Origin: Tubiluchus corallicola
Lineage: Eukaryota > Animalia > Priapulida
DNA length: 64,000 nucleotides
Assembly (NCBI GenBank): GCA_030141605.1
Contig: JAQGDQ010000984.1
Coordinates: 1-64,000, forward strand
Direction: 5' to 3'
The first letter of the stretch is position 1. Every line of letters begins with the position of its first letter. Under the pieces are notes generated by a model, which worked only from the letters and a program-made list of their open reading frames with translations, did no database searches and was not told the DNA's origin. Made by a program: the position numbers and the translations under genes. Shown here in pieces: positions 13,801 through 25,496 of the stretch.

Positions 13801-16036
13801 TGTAAAACCTATAGAAGTTCAGTTAGTGTATAGCTAGAAAAAAACGTTTGTAGCTGTGAAATAAGAGGATGAACAAAAATATGAAAATATGAAGTATGAA
13901 CACAAAGATGATAACAAATTGGTTAGACGGCACATTATGAGCAGCGGCGGATTATGATTTTATGGGCCTTAGGCTTGAGCTTGGAACGGGCCTTTTAAAT
14001 GTTGCTACACTGCTGAGCTGACGATACAACTACAGATGTATCGGCAAATTGTTTCCAATAACCTTCTGTCACGGTTCCCAAATGTTTACATATGTGTTAG
14101 AATGTACTTTTGATTGTTTCAAACTGCAAGTGAGGAACGATCATTCTCTGCTCTGAAAAGGATAAAAACTTATTTACGGTCATCTCAAAAGGATGACAAA
14201 TTAAACAATTTATCACTGATGCATATTGAGTCAGATATGTTGAAAAAAAATGGACTTTTCAGAAATTATAACTGACTTTTCCCCCAGAAAAATTCGGAAA
14301 CTGAAATTTTGAACTTAAACTTAAACTGTGTAAACGTGAATTGTGTAAACTTAAATTGGGTAAACTTGAATTGTGTAAACTTAAATTGTGTAAACTTGAT
14401 TTGTGTAAACCCGATTTGAAATATAGTGACTGACTTTTGAAAAAAAACTTTTTTCTATATTTTATTTTGGCGGGCCCCTTGCTCTTTTGTCAATTTATTT
14501 TTTTTTACAAAAAATTTTTTTTCGTTTTATTTTGCCGGGCCCCTTTTGATCCCGGGCCTTAGGCTTCAGCCTATTCAGCCTATAGGGCTATCCGCTACAC
14601 ATTATGAGTTAGTATACAATATCTAAGTTTTCACTGTAAATCAACGACATTTTAGTTTAACAAATCTAGCACTTTATGCTATAATTTTACTATAAGTAAT
14701 TGATTAATTGAGTGTATCCAGCTGAAGTCCGTGACACGATCCCAAAGATAGTGCGGGTAGTTTTTTCTACTAGATCGGATGCCATGAACCCTTACAAGAC
14801 GGTTGTAGCTTAATGTCACTGTACTACACAGACTGTGCGATACACATTACTAATATGCATTGTAATGAAATTACCAGTACCTGTCCTGAAAGTATAAATA
14901 TATGGTTTGTAATATAAATTTTAATAACTTCTAAAATAGTTTCTTGAGCGTAGTAGTAATGATGTACGCAGGTCGGATGCAAAAAAAATCGTTATTAGGC
15001 CTTTCTGTACTTGGCTCCTTGATCAAAATGACTGCGGTCATCGTAGGAGTTTAAATTTACATGTTTTATACAGCGTTATTGCCGACGCAAGCCTAATATG
15101 TGAAAAGGCAAACGTAAGTGGTATAAAATTTCAATACAAATTTTTTAAGCTTTATGTAAGTTGATGGTTTTCTTGTGCTTTAACATAGACATAGAACATT
15201 TATTTTCTCCAATTAGTTTAACACCAAAAGTTTTTTAAATATTAAGTAATTATAATCATGGAGCAGGGCAGGGAAGGACCATAGGGTCATCTAATCTCCT
15301 GCCCTTTCTTATAAATAGATTAGTATATTAAAAATTAACGGTGATGCTGCAGATAACAAAAACAAAAACAAATAAGAAAAAAATAGAAATAATGATACAA
15401 ATTATTCAAAAAGAACTGAAAATAAAAAATAATAAAGTTGGATACCTAAATCTAAACAAAACAATACAATTATTCAGTAATTAGGATTATTATATGTAGT
15501 AGTTTCAAATGCGGTCTTATTAACAGGGGAATTTGACCAAGGTTAGTGAGTAAAGTTAAAAACCGAGAGTATGGAAAGAAAAAAATAAGTATCAAAAAAG
15601 TGTAATATATCAAAATTTCTGAGAAAAAGTAAGTATGAGAAAGAGCAACAATTACTTGCTAGCGAGACGGAGAGGAAAAAAGAAAAAAAAGAAATTGCTA
15701 GCTTGCTTATTACTACTACTAGTCTTACAAGTTGTGCTACAGGTATATCCATTTAGTAAGATTTTTGTGTATTTTTTGGAAGCAGAAAATAAGCTGCCTT
15801 CAAAGGTATCTTTTGGCAAGGAATTCCATAATTTAACGAGAGTTGAGAGGGTGATGAATAGTAAATCGTAAATACATGATGTAGGTAAATCATTCTTTTA
15901 CCGGTCTGGCATTTCACTCACCTGAAGGCTCACCACTATCACTTCCACCACCTCCTGTTGGATATTGAGGAAACTGCGGGATTTCTGGCGGCGGCACATC
16001 TTTCCTAATGCCAAGCAACGGGTTTAACCAAGACAT
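3643..16036 (-). CDS. ATAD3: ATPase family AAA domain-containing protein 3 (mitochondrial), full gene; exons 16036-15922, 11037-10838, 10166-10030, 6747-6584, 4877-3643; 616 aa
   Basis: Spliced CDS of 1851 nt with consistent phases (1,0,2,1). Starts [10 protein letters not shown] and contains [17 protein letters not shown], a coiled coil, Walker A GPPGTGKT, Walker [11 protein letters not shown] and [18 protein letters not shown]. All introns are GT-AG. Confidence 0.95.
4975..5553. repeat. Complex (CAA/CAG)n low-complexity repeat
   Basis: Direct inspection. Confidence 0.85.
6584..6747 (-). CDS. ATAD3: ATAD3 exon 4
   Basis: [54 protein letters not shown]; acceptor tttccag, donor GTGTGG. Confidence 0.92.
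6750..7380. repeat. Minisatellite of about 61 bp, about 10 copies, abutting the ATAD3 exon 4 acceptor; about 3 more copies at 3375-3550
   Basis: Unit aacaaaacaaaagaacgttcgttccttctcagctctggtaacaaacagaagtgaactgattct. Confidence 0.9.
9420..9920. mobile_element. hAT-like MITE family 1, copy a (about 500 bp)
   Basis: TIR CAGGGGTGTGCAAATT; 8-bp TSD GTCTACAT/GTCTAAAT; other copies at 12527-13007 and 59662-60144, fragment at about 14700-15030. Confidence 0.85.
10030..10166 (-). CDS. ATAD3: ATAD3 exon 3
   Basis: [46 protein letters not shown]; acceptor gtag, donor GTAGGT. Confidence 0.93.
10838..11037 (-). CDS. ATAD3: ATAD3 exon 2
   Basis: DADKKRLG...[47 protein letters not shown]; acceptor ttgcag, donor GTGTGT. 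Confidence 0.93.
11088..11605. repeat. Minisatellite of about 34 bp, about 15 copies
   Basis: Unit aaaggacaagaaaaggggtacctgaagtaggttt, matching the terminus of family B elements. Confidence 0.9.
12527..13007. mobile_element. hAT-like MITE family 1, copy b (inverted relative to copy a)
   Basis: Same TIRs; TSD AGTTAATC/ATTTAATC. Confidence 0.85.
13366..13813. mobile_element. MITE with TIR (TA)TAGGTTTTACAyGTCAAATGTAGAC
   Basis: Terminal inverted repeats; second copy at 26425-26898. Confidence 0.75.
13942..14600 (+). mobile_element. Internally deleted hAT transposon retaining a C-terminal dimerization-domain remnant
   Basis: 8-bp TSD ATTATGAG on both sides; about 14135-14310 translates as [34 protein letters not shown], with frameshifts nearby. 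Confidence 0.8.
15186..15900 (-). mobile_element. LINE 3' remnant
   Basis: Minus frame reads [13 protein letters not shown]; its 3' part is duplicated at about 39146-39620. Confidence 0.55.
15922..16036 (-). CDS. ATAD3: ATAD3 exon 1 ([38 protein letters not shown])
   Basis: MSWL start and Pro/Gly-rich N-terminus typical of ATAD3; donor G|GTGAGT; phase 1 matches exon 2. Confidence 0.88.
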
Positions 16037-16313
16037 TTTAAACGATCCTCAAATAATATTCTAAATTACGTAATTACAGTACTTAAATGGTTAAGTCTTA
16101 GTAACTCCTCTTTTTACAGTACAGCAAGAAACACATGGTCTATAAGACGTTCTCTTGTTTCGACTTGCGCCACCTATTGGAGAAATCCTGTTAAGTTAAT
16201 GTTTTCATTACTGTTTTGTGATTGTGCTAAGTGAAATATTAAAATTTTGTTGTTTTCGTTATTTACTATGCAGTAAATTCACCAAACTGGCTTCCAAAAA
16301 GAGAAATAATGTG
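16037..16313. promoter_or_regulatory. Compact bidirectional promoter and 5'UTR region shared by ATAD3 and FEM1
   Basis: 277 bp between divergent start codons; CTCF-core-like CCAATAGGTGGCGC on the minus strand at 16167-16180. Confidence 0.65.
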
Positions 16314-16857
16314 ATGGAGTTTAGGAATGTCGTTTATATCGCTGCGCGTGATGGAAAGTTAAGACGACTACGAATTTTCTTGGATCATAGGTCAAGAGAA
16401 GACGTTAAACTTCTTGTTTCAGCAAAAACAGATGACGCAACACCTCTTCTGGCGGCATGTCGGAAAGGCCATTACGAAGTCGCCGAATATCTGGTCAAAG
16501 AATGTGGGGCTGACGTAGAACAAGTGGGGTCCGTGAGTTTTGATAATGAAACAATTGAGGGTGCACCTCCCCTGTGGTGTGCGGCGGCAGCAGGTTATCT
16601 CCCAATAGTTCAGCTTCTACAGCGACATGGCGCATCGGTGAATAGCACAACTTACACAAATTCTACGCCGCTGCGAGCCGCATGTTTTGACGGACACATG
16701 GAAATTGTGAAATACCTGATAAACAACAAGGCAGATATTGAAGTTCCTAATAGACACGGTCATACATGCCTTATGATATCTTGTTACAAAAAACATTACG
16801 AAATTGCACGATACTTGATAAAACTTGGTGCCGATATTAATAGGAAAAGTTTAAAAG
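16314..16857 (+). CDS. FEM1C: FEM1 coding exon 1 (ankyrin repeats)
   Basis: ATG at 16314; donor AAAG|GTTTGA, phase 1. Confidence 0.92.
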
Positions 16858-19800
16858 GTTTGATTCTAATTCATTTTTTTTTGGTTTGTTTTATGTTTTA
16901 ATTGGTTAGTTAAATACTTTACATATTTTCTTAATCATCATTTCATATTTTTCATTTTATTTCTTTGTTGCATAGCTTATTTAGTTATTTCGCTTTCACG
17001 TTTAATGTATTCCCCCATAAATTCATGTGAACAGCAGCACTACAAATTTTTTACAATTTACACTAATCTGAAAAGGGTAGCTGACTCGATGACCTATTGG
17101 TCTTTCGCTACCCTTTCTTCTGCACCCCCCCTCAACTGTTTCCTTTATGCTTAATTTATCCTTTTTAATCAGTAAGTATAAAAATAATAGTCAATTTGTA
17201 TACAGGTGTAAGTGAGGAGATAAATAAAAATGTCTATGTCATTGCTCTTAGCAAGATACAGTCAAACCTTGTTATACGCCAGGTCTGGGACATTGATCGC
17301 TCAATATGGCGGTACAGCGTAGTTCACAGTAAGGCGAGGTTCATGAAATATCAAAGCAATTCCAGTCTTTAACCTCGATTTTGTTTCCTAGTTAATTTTA
17401 ATGTCATAAATAGTACAATATTAGTATACCTACAACAATACGTGTGGATATAACAATCTGGGTATATAAAGAATTTAATACCTTAGAAAGGGCATGCTAA
17501 AATATTACAAATCGGCGTTAGGAGTAAAGAGCTCAACACCCACACCAGCTGTCTTGAGGGAATTGGGCAAATATCCCATCAACCTATCAATTAAAATGAG
17601 ACATTAAGTATTGGCTTTGTTTAGTTTCACTGCCAGATAACAAACTGTGCAAGAAAGATTATATTTTGTCTAAACAATATAATGTACCGTAGTATCTAGG
17701 ACTAACAAAAATACTGTCTGATATTAATCTAGTGTTTTTATTAGAAAATGATATAGTGCCATTGTATATGAATACTTTGTATATTGGTGTAGGAAAGTTG
17801 CAAGTATGTTATGTCACCTTTCGGAAAAATGCACTAGCCGAAATATCAAAGTTATCTTTTTACAGTAAATTCAAAACTTCTTTTAAATTTGAATCTTATT
17901 TGTTAAATGTAAAGAATGTTAAAAATCGAAAAACATTGACTAAGCTTAGAACAAGCGCTTACTCAATGCCTATTGTACATTTTTGGTACATTAACAAAAT
18001 TAATGCAGGTGTAGTTCTACGGCAGCACGTTGCAAAACTTTTATGTAACACAATGTGGAATAGCAGATAGATAGATAATTTTATTTATCTGTTGTAATAC
18101 ACGCAAAAAAACAATTACATAGCAAAATAAATTGTTAGTATTAGAGAAAGGGTGGCGAAAAAACCCTAGAGGACCCTTTTAAGCACAAGAAAACCCTGCA
18201 TAAACATAAAACTTGAAAAATTCGTTTTGAAATTTTATATCGCTTATATACTGCCTTTTTGCGTGCAGGACTTCAATCGGCAGTCACGCTGTATAGAACA
18301 TGTAAATTTAAACTCCCGCGATGACCGTTAGACGCAGCCATTTTCACGACAGGTCATTTGAAACAAGTTTAAATAACATTTTGTAAAGTTTGAAAAAATA
18401 ATCAGAGCATTCGTAGCGCACAAGTCACTAGCTAAATAAAATTTAAAATTACTGTATCTTGTCAATAACATTAAAAATAGGTTTTTTGGTTAGTAAGTGG
18501 TGCACCCTGGAGGGTGAGTCAGCGACATTTTATCAATTGGTGAAAACATTTTAAATAATTAATAATTTTCTTTTCTAGTTACATAAGCCTTTCTAGCAGG
18601 TGAGCAAAATGCTAAGTAATATAACTTTGCATGGAAAGTTTTTAGGGACATAATTTAACATTGCCTTTTCTTCCCTTGATTTATGTTTGGTACACGGCGT
18701 CATGTAATGGCTCTGTCGGAACAGTATTGCCGGAGATTTAAAATGAAAACAAACTAAAATTCCTTTCTGTGCGAGTAAGATATACGCATAAAATTGCTAT
18801 AAAGTAATATAATTTTTTAAGGCGATTTTTCTGAAACCTACTTCAGGTACCCCTTTTCTTGTCCTTTAAGTAAGGTTATAACAAGAATATCTTGCGATGA
18901 AATACGCATAAAATGAGTAAATCAAACTGAAATAACACTGTAAAGTGGCTTTATAAACAAATAAAGCAGATTGGTTTGTGCGTGATGTTACAATGACAGG
19001 CAAAAAAAGCAAAAATGAAATTTTTATCAGCATTATTTATTCAGGGATGAGAATTTTCTGCGGATACGCGGAATACCGAGTTTTTGGAAGACCAGTAGTG
19101 CCATTTTTTTTAAATTGAGTGAATTCGTTGTGAAAATTTTTACGGACCCAGTACATTATTTCACAAGCTGACCGCTAGTTGGCAGGCCGTCAGTTTGTTT
19201 ACATAACGTACATCAGTGTAATCACGTGTATATCTCTATGTATAATAATATACAATCAGTTGTGCAGAGTTATTTGAGTCAATTGCAGACAGTTTATATA
19301 TACTTTTGCATAGGAGCGGCCAGTACTTAGGCGTTTTTGAGACAATTAGGTATCATGTATCCTTGATAGTTGGGTATTTTAAATTATGCATGAAACAAGG
19401 TAATTGATATTTTAAGTCCGCTTAGAGGCTCTCTATGGTCATCAAAATTGCAATTTGTTGCTTTGCCCCCTTGAACCCCCGCGACCTCCAAACCCCCGGC
19501 CTGTTTCAGAGTTTTTTGCAATTTGTCATTCTCATCCCTGTTTATTAGACTCGCTGTTAATAAAATCAGTTGCTTTAATTCATTCAAAAACAGCTGGTAC
19601 GGGTCACTCCTATTCAAATGTATATAAAAACTACTGGCAATTCACTAAAAAAAATCCATGTAATTGACGCAAGATTTTTGTATCAGACATCCATGTAAGT
19701 GTGGTATGTCTATATACGTACAATCATGTTAAAGCAAAACCGGACCCAATCTTAAACTGCAGGTCAAAACAATTTACTCTTTAAAATATTGAAAGGAAAC

Positions 19801-22800
19801 GCTATTTTTTTTAAAGAATGACTTACGTGAAAGAATTATTACCACACAAACACAATTTCATGTTCGCGCCACTAGTTTTTCACTGTTACATGCATTTCGC
19901 CATTCTCTAGTTAGACGGGCAGTAGCGCCTGCATTTCGGAAACGCGTTGCAGAAAAACAGATGCTGTACCTCCTAGTTCGGATGTGTTGGTTTGTGACGA
20001 ATTGCACACATTCGGCAGCTCATGCATGAGCACAGCGGTAAATGTGAGTGTTGAATTTTTATGAAAGCTGAATTTTTAATCATTTGCCTAGTGGGGTCCT
20101 GTTGAAACTCCTGCTACTTTTCACAAAAATGTTTAACCCTTATAGGGTCACGATTTTTTACAACCAATTTTGGTAACTGGGGGGTAAAAAATTATTTGTG
20201 GTTATGCTGATCACCATAGGATACATTATACCTCTGCTTAAAGTCATGTGACTTACTAGTAATGCGAAATTTAAATTCACTTAGTTACGTTCCCTTATCT
20301 ATGCTGGAATAAATGTAGACAACCGACATTGTTAGCGCGTGTGTAAAAGTCATTGTTATTTTGAATTTATTGTCTACTACTTTCTTCTTTTAGGTGGAGT
20401 AATTTGAGTAACTGACATTATCAGATACATCGCCCGTATGATGTATAGACAAGCGAAGTAAAGTGACGACAATTTTGAAAAATCGACATATTGCATTTTC
20501 ACTTTTATTTCGTGGTGAGACAATGCACCTAAAATAAATAACTGAAAGTATTTTGTGCAAAAAACATATTTAGAAAAAGTCATAGAAAAGGTTTACTGAG
20601 AAGCGTATGGTAAAAAGGTAAAATGCAAAAAACCGGGCTGGGGGTAATTTTTTACCCCCCCCCCCCCCCGGTGACCCTATAAGGGTTAATCAGTAAACTG
20701 TTGCTGTTACACCACCAGGCGGCGCCAGTAATCCACAGGTCAATATTCTTTGCGATTTTTTTACAAGCGTAAATGTCATCGAACATATAAGAGTACAGAG
20801 TTAACTTTGACAAAATAACTTTCACCAGACGGTTTAGTCTAGTGGCAATGCGTCTGCTTTCCGTCTGAGAGGTCGTGAGTTCGAACCAGCGGCCGCGTCG
20901 TACCAAAGACTTTAAAAATGGTACCTGCTGTTGCCCTGCCTGGCACGTGGTATTTAAGGTAAAAGTGGGGTAATAATAGTCTCTGTTATGTAGTTGTAGG
21001 TTATTTACAGTCGGCGATAAAAGCTGACTTTAAATAAATATTATTATTATTATTAATATTATTATTATTATTATTATAGAGAATAAGTGTAAAGATCTAA
21101 CATTTAAAACTTTCGCCACAAGAAATGTGATATTTGCTTGTTTGTAGAGAATCACCTAAGCAAATCCTAGCAAGAAACTGCTTATTCTGAGTTAACCTTT
21201 TTTACATATACATGTATGTTTATAGTGAAACAGTAGGCCTATAGTCTATTATATGCACCATAACTGAATACAAGAAAAGTTAATTACGTAAACGAAAAGT
21301 TCTCGATAAAAATGTCTCATTTTAAGTGAGTCATTAATGTCTAAATAATTAATTTAATTATTTTCTTTTAATTCGTTAGTTTAAACTTTAAAATTAATTA
21401 CTCAAACCTGTTTACATTTGCGTGAGCATTGTGATTCGTCTTTGGCAAAATTTAACATTACGTATGCAAAATGTTCTCAATAAAAATGCTTGATTTTAAG
21501 TGAGTCACTAATGTCTAAATAATTAATTTAATTATTTTCTTTTAATTCATTAGTTTAACTTTTAAAATTGATGACTCTGACCGGTGTGTACTTGTGTGAA
21601 TTTTTTCCCATCCCAAAATGCATTGTATAAGGAGGTTTGACTGTACTTCTATTCTAGTTCAAATATTCAAAATTCTATTTTACTTAAACTTTTAACACCA
21701 AAATACTCACTTAGATTATTGAACAGAGCTACGCAAAAATTCAGTATTGTACAGTCAACCTTTCCTGGATATAAGGGACACCTCCCGACCGGAAAAAACC
21801 GTCTCTTATATCCCATGACCCTTATAGTCGAAGTTGAGTCAGACCGAGGGTGTTCTTAGACCTGTACTTTTCTGTACTTTTACCCGTATTTTTATGGATT
21901 ATTGCTACACACTCAGTGCAAACGGCATGTAGGAAGCTCCTTCAGTAACGCGAGATGTATGTGACTGTAAAAACTGAGCTGTTCGAAGGCCGAGTTTATG
22001 AAAAATTGAGGTTAAAAATCGATCAATTTCACTTGATTTGATAGTGCTATGAGCATATAGTTAATTAAAAAAACCAGATTTAAAATAATTAGTTTGTTTT
22101 GAAATGGCGGTCAGTTATTAAAGTTCAAAAAAATGACTAAGTCCAGTTTGAGCAAAAGGTTAAAAATTGTACTTTTGGCATTCTATTATTTATAACTAAG
22201 GATTCCAAATACAGGCTTTAGTATGTTAGTGTTGTTAAATGGAGTGCATTGCACGAGAAATAATCATATCAAGTCATATGGCAACATAGTATTCGTTTTT
22301 CCAGCATCCAAAATTCATCCAAATGATGTTTTACCTTAACAGGTGTGAAAATGGACCTTTTACAAAAGTGTGCTAACTTGTCAACTTTAGAGTGTTATAA
22401 AAGATGCCAATTCAGCTGATAGTTAATTGTTAATATAATTTTTGGTAGCCCATTGTAGTGTAATTAGATAATCATAAACATTTTGCACCTCCACATTTAC
22501 CTGGGTTTCCATTACGCGGGACCTGAAGATATCATCCCTTATAACCAAAAGTCTCTTATATCTGAGTGCCTTATATACGAAGATTTTTATAAGGAAAACA
22601 GTCACGAAAAATCAGGATCGGTGTTGGTGGTCCCTTATAAGCGAGTGTCCTTTATAAACGAGTACCCTATACCCGAGGTTGACTGTACTATGAGGTTGTA
22701 CTAGAATGCTGAATACAGTTCTTCAATTCCTGCTGCCGTTTTGTTAAATTGTCGTTTTCACTGTAAGCAAATTAAGTTTCATATTTTTGTATACATGTAG

Positions 22801-25386
22801 TACATTGTTTATTTGTTTATTTACCAGTTGTTTGTTTATTTTGCTAAATATATTGTTTCATTTCCAGGCAACACTGCAATGCATGTTTACTTTACCAGCT
22901 GTGTTATTTTGCTAAATGTATCGTTTCTTTTCCAGGCAACACTGCAACGCTTGTTCATTTTGCTAAATGTATCGTTTCTTTTCCAGGCAACACTGCAACG
23001 CTTGTTCATTTTGCTAAATGTGTCGTTTCTTTTCTAGGCAACACTGCAACGCTTGTTCATTTTGCTAAATGTATCGTTTCTTTCCCAGGCAACACTGCAA
23101 CGCTTGTTTATTTTACCAGCTCTGTTTATTTTGCTAAACGTATCGTTTCTTTTCCAGGCAACACTGCAATGCTTGTTTATTTTGCTAAATGTATCGTTTC
23201 TTTTCCAGGCAACACTGCAACGCTTGGTTATTTTGCTAAATGTATCGTTTCTTTCCCAGGCAACACTGCAACGCTTGTTTACTTTACCAGCTCTTGTTTA
23301 TTTTGCTAAACGTGTCGTTTCTTTCCCAGGCAACACTGCAATGCTTGTTTACTTTACCAGCTATTTGTTTATTTTGCTAAATGTATCGTTTCTTTGCCAG
23401 GCAACACTGCAACGCTTGGTTATTTTACTAAATGTATCGTTTCTTTCCCAGGCAACACTGCAGTGCTTGTTTACTTTACCAGCTCTTGTTTATTTTGCTA
23501 AACGTGTCGTTTCTTTCCCAGGCAACACTGCAATGCTTGTTTACTTTACCAGCTATTTGTTTATTTTGCTAAACGTGTCGTTTCTTTCCCAGGCAACACT
23601 GCAATGCTTGTTTACTTTACCAGCTATTTGTTTATTTTGCTAAATGTATCGTTTCTTTGCCAGGCAACACTGCAATGCTTGTTTATTTTGCTAAACGTAT
23701 CGTTTCTTTTCCAGGCAACACTGCAACGCTTGGTTATTTTGCTAAATGTATCGTTTCTTTCCCAGGCAACACTGCAGTGCTTGTTTACTTTACCAGCTCT
23801 TGTTTATTTTGCTAAACGTGTCGTTTCTTTCCCAGGCAACACTGCAATGCTTGTTTACTTTACCAGCTATTTGTTTATTTTGCTAAATGTATCGTTTCTT
23901 TGCCAGGCAACACTGCAATGCTTGTTTATTTTGCTAAACGTATTGTTTCATTTCCAGGCGACACTGCAATGTTTGTTTACTTTACAAGTTCTTTGTTTAT
24001 TTTGCTAAATGTATTGTTTATTTTCCAGGCAACACTGCAATGCACGACTGTGCCGAATCGGGCGCATTGAACATAATGAAATTACTTCTCACTCATGGTG
24101 CTAAGATGAGCCCCGACTCAAACGGAATGACCCCTCTGCTGGCCGCGGCCGTCACGGGACACACGGAAATCGTCGAGTATCTCATCACCCGGCCGGAGAT
24201 CAGCCGACTGGAGCACATCGAGGCGCTGGAGCTGCTCGGCGCCACGTTCGTGGACAAGAAGCGGGACATGTTGGGGGCGCTGCAGTACTGGAAGAGGTCC
24301 ATGGAGGAGAGGTTCTCCGAAGCGGCGCCTCCCATGCCGAAGCCCGTCACCATCTCGCAGATCGGCGCCTACGAGAACGTGCTGGAGGTACAGTCGCTGG
24401 ACCAGCTGGCGGATCTCATCTCCGATCCGGACGAGATGCGGATGCAGGCGCTGTTGGTGCGCGAGCGGATTCTCGGGCCCGCCCACCCGGACACGTCTTA
24501 CTACATCCGCTTTCGGGGAGCCGTCTACGCCGACATGGGCAACTTCCGGAAGTGCATCTCCCTGTGGATGTACGCGCTGGACATGCAACAGCGGCTGCAG
24601 GAACCTCTCGGACCGATGACCCAGAGCTCCTTCCTGTCCTTTGCGGAGCTCTTCTCGTTCATGATGTCCGACACGCGGTTCCACCTCCACGAAAAACCAA
24701 AAGTGGAGTTCGCCGACGTCATGTGCATCTTTCGGAAGAGCGTCACCGAAGTGGAGCGCGGAGCGGAGTACCTGCGAACGATCGTCCCGCCTTCCGCTCG
24801 CGCCGGCAACTGCCCGCTGGAGAAGGACACCGTCCACTTCACGCGAACGGTCATCATCACGCTCCACCTGATCTGCATCCTGTGTCACATCCAGCCGAAC
24901 ATGACGGAGGACGAGGAGCAGGAGATGAAGACGGCCGTCTACAGCTACGTTCACACCGAGCCGCGCGTCCACAACAGCTCCACGCTGCTCCACCTCGCCT
25001 GCAGTCGACAGAGCACCACCGTGGGGAAGTATCCGGTGTGCAAGTTTCCCTCCCTGCCCGTCGTGCAGCTGCTGCTGGAAGTGGGCGGGTCCCCGACCGC
25101 CGTGGACGGCGACGGCAACACCCCCCTCCACGTGGTGGCGAAGAACCACGTCCGCGAGCCGGAGATCATCAAGACTCTGCTGGAAGGCGGAGCTCACGTG
25201 GATACGTGCAATCTTCAGCGGCAGACATTCGTGGATCTTTTGCAACCCGGTACGGTACAAGAGATAGTCTCTCCACTGAGATACATGACATTGCAGTGTC
25301 TGGCTGCCAGACAGGTTAGAAAATACGGCTTACGATACAAAAACACGTTAACTAAGAGGCTAAGCGATTTCGTTGAACTGCATTGA
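16314..25386 (+). CDS. FEM1C: Protein fem-1 homolog (FEM1A/C-like ankyrin-repeat CRL2 substrate receptor), full gene; exons 16314-16857 and 24029-25386; 633 aa
   Basis: MEFRNVVYIAARDGKLRRL, ETIEGAPPLWCAAAAG, TNSTPLRAACFDGH; the junction gives RKSLKG|NTAMHDCAESG; ALELLGATFVDKKRD, RERILGPAHPDTSYYIRFRGAVYADMG, C-terminal VHL-box-like TLQCLAAR and DFVELH stop. FEM1A versus FEM1C cannot be resolved for an invertebrate gene. Confidence 0.93.
17820..17975 (+). mobile_element. LINE ORF2 C-terminal remnant
   Basis: KLSFYSKFKTSFKFESYLLNVKNVKNRKTLTKLRTSAYSMPI resembles the region downstream of RT in non-LTR retrotransposons. Confidence 0.5.
18182..18869. mobile_element. Kolobok-like family B fragment (terminus ...CCCCTTTTCTTGTCCT|TTAA)
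   Basis: Related copies at about 44721-45408, 60715-61200, 5555-5645, 11575-11670 and 35470-35830. Confidence 0.6.
19042..19540. mobile_element. MITE with TIR CAGGGATGAGAA
   Basis: TIRs present; inverted copy at about 34830-35323. Confidence 0.75.
19730..20075. mobile_element. Dispersed repeat family C (TTAA-AG terminus, Kolobok-like)
   Basis: Related sequence in the opposite orientation at about 1015-1405, 31420-31850 and 43875-44190. Confidence 0.6.
20137..20685. mobile_element. piggyBac-like MITE
   Basis: TTAA|CCCTTATAGGGTCAC ... GTGACCCTATAAGGG|TTAA; partial copy at about 49428-49660. Confidence 0.85.
20824..21077 (+). mobile_element. tRNA-derived SINE with (ATT)n tail
   Basis: A-box-like TAGTCTAGTGG, B-box GAGTTCGAACC, central TACCAAAGACTTTAAAAATGGTACCTGCTG and an (ATT)n tail. 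Confidence 0.7.
21752..22685. mobile_element. Tc1/mariner/pogo-like MITE
   Basis: TA|CAGTCAACCT ... AGGTTGACTG|TA. Confidence 0.7.
22838..24040 (+). repeat. Tandem array of the FEM1 exon 2 splice acceptor, units of 51 and about 70 bp, 20 copies
   Basis: Unit ttttgctaaatgtatcgtttcttttccag|gcaacactgcaa; the last copy is the real junction. Confidence 0.92.
24029..25386 (+). CDS. FEM1C: FEM1 coding exon 2
   Basis: ttttccag|GCAACACTGCAATGCAC gives GNTAMHDCAESG; ORF runs to TGA at 25386. Confidence 0.94.
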
Positions 25387-25496
25387 TTAGCATAATTTTG
25401 TTAAAGGAAAACCGGACGATTGTTTAGATAATTAGCAGAAGCACAAGTACCATTATACTTCAAACTAATATTATATGAGAAAAATTCAATATTGGG

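Noticed and set aside
16218-16313. N-terminal extension of FEM1 in the ORF track
   Set aside because: Begins at a GTG; family homology starts at the ATG at 16314.
24118-25319. 380-aa antisense and 255-aa alternative-frame ORFs over FEM1 exon 2, and similar ORFs over ATAD3 exon 5
   Set aside because: Expected shadow ORFs of GC3-rich coding sequence.
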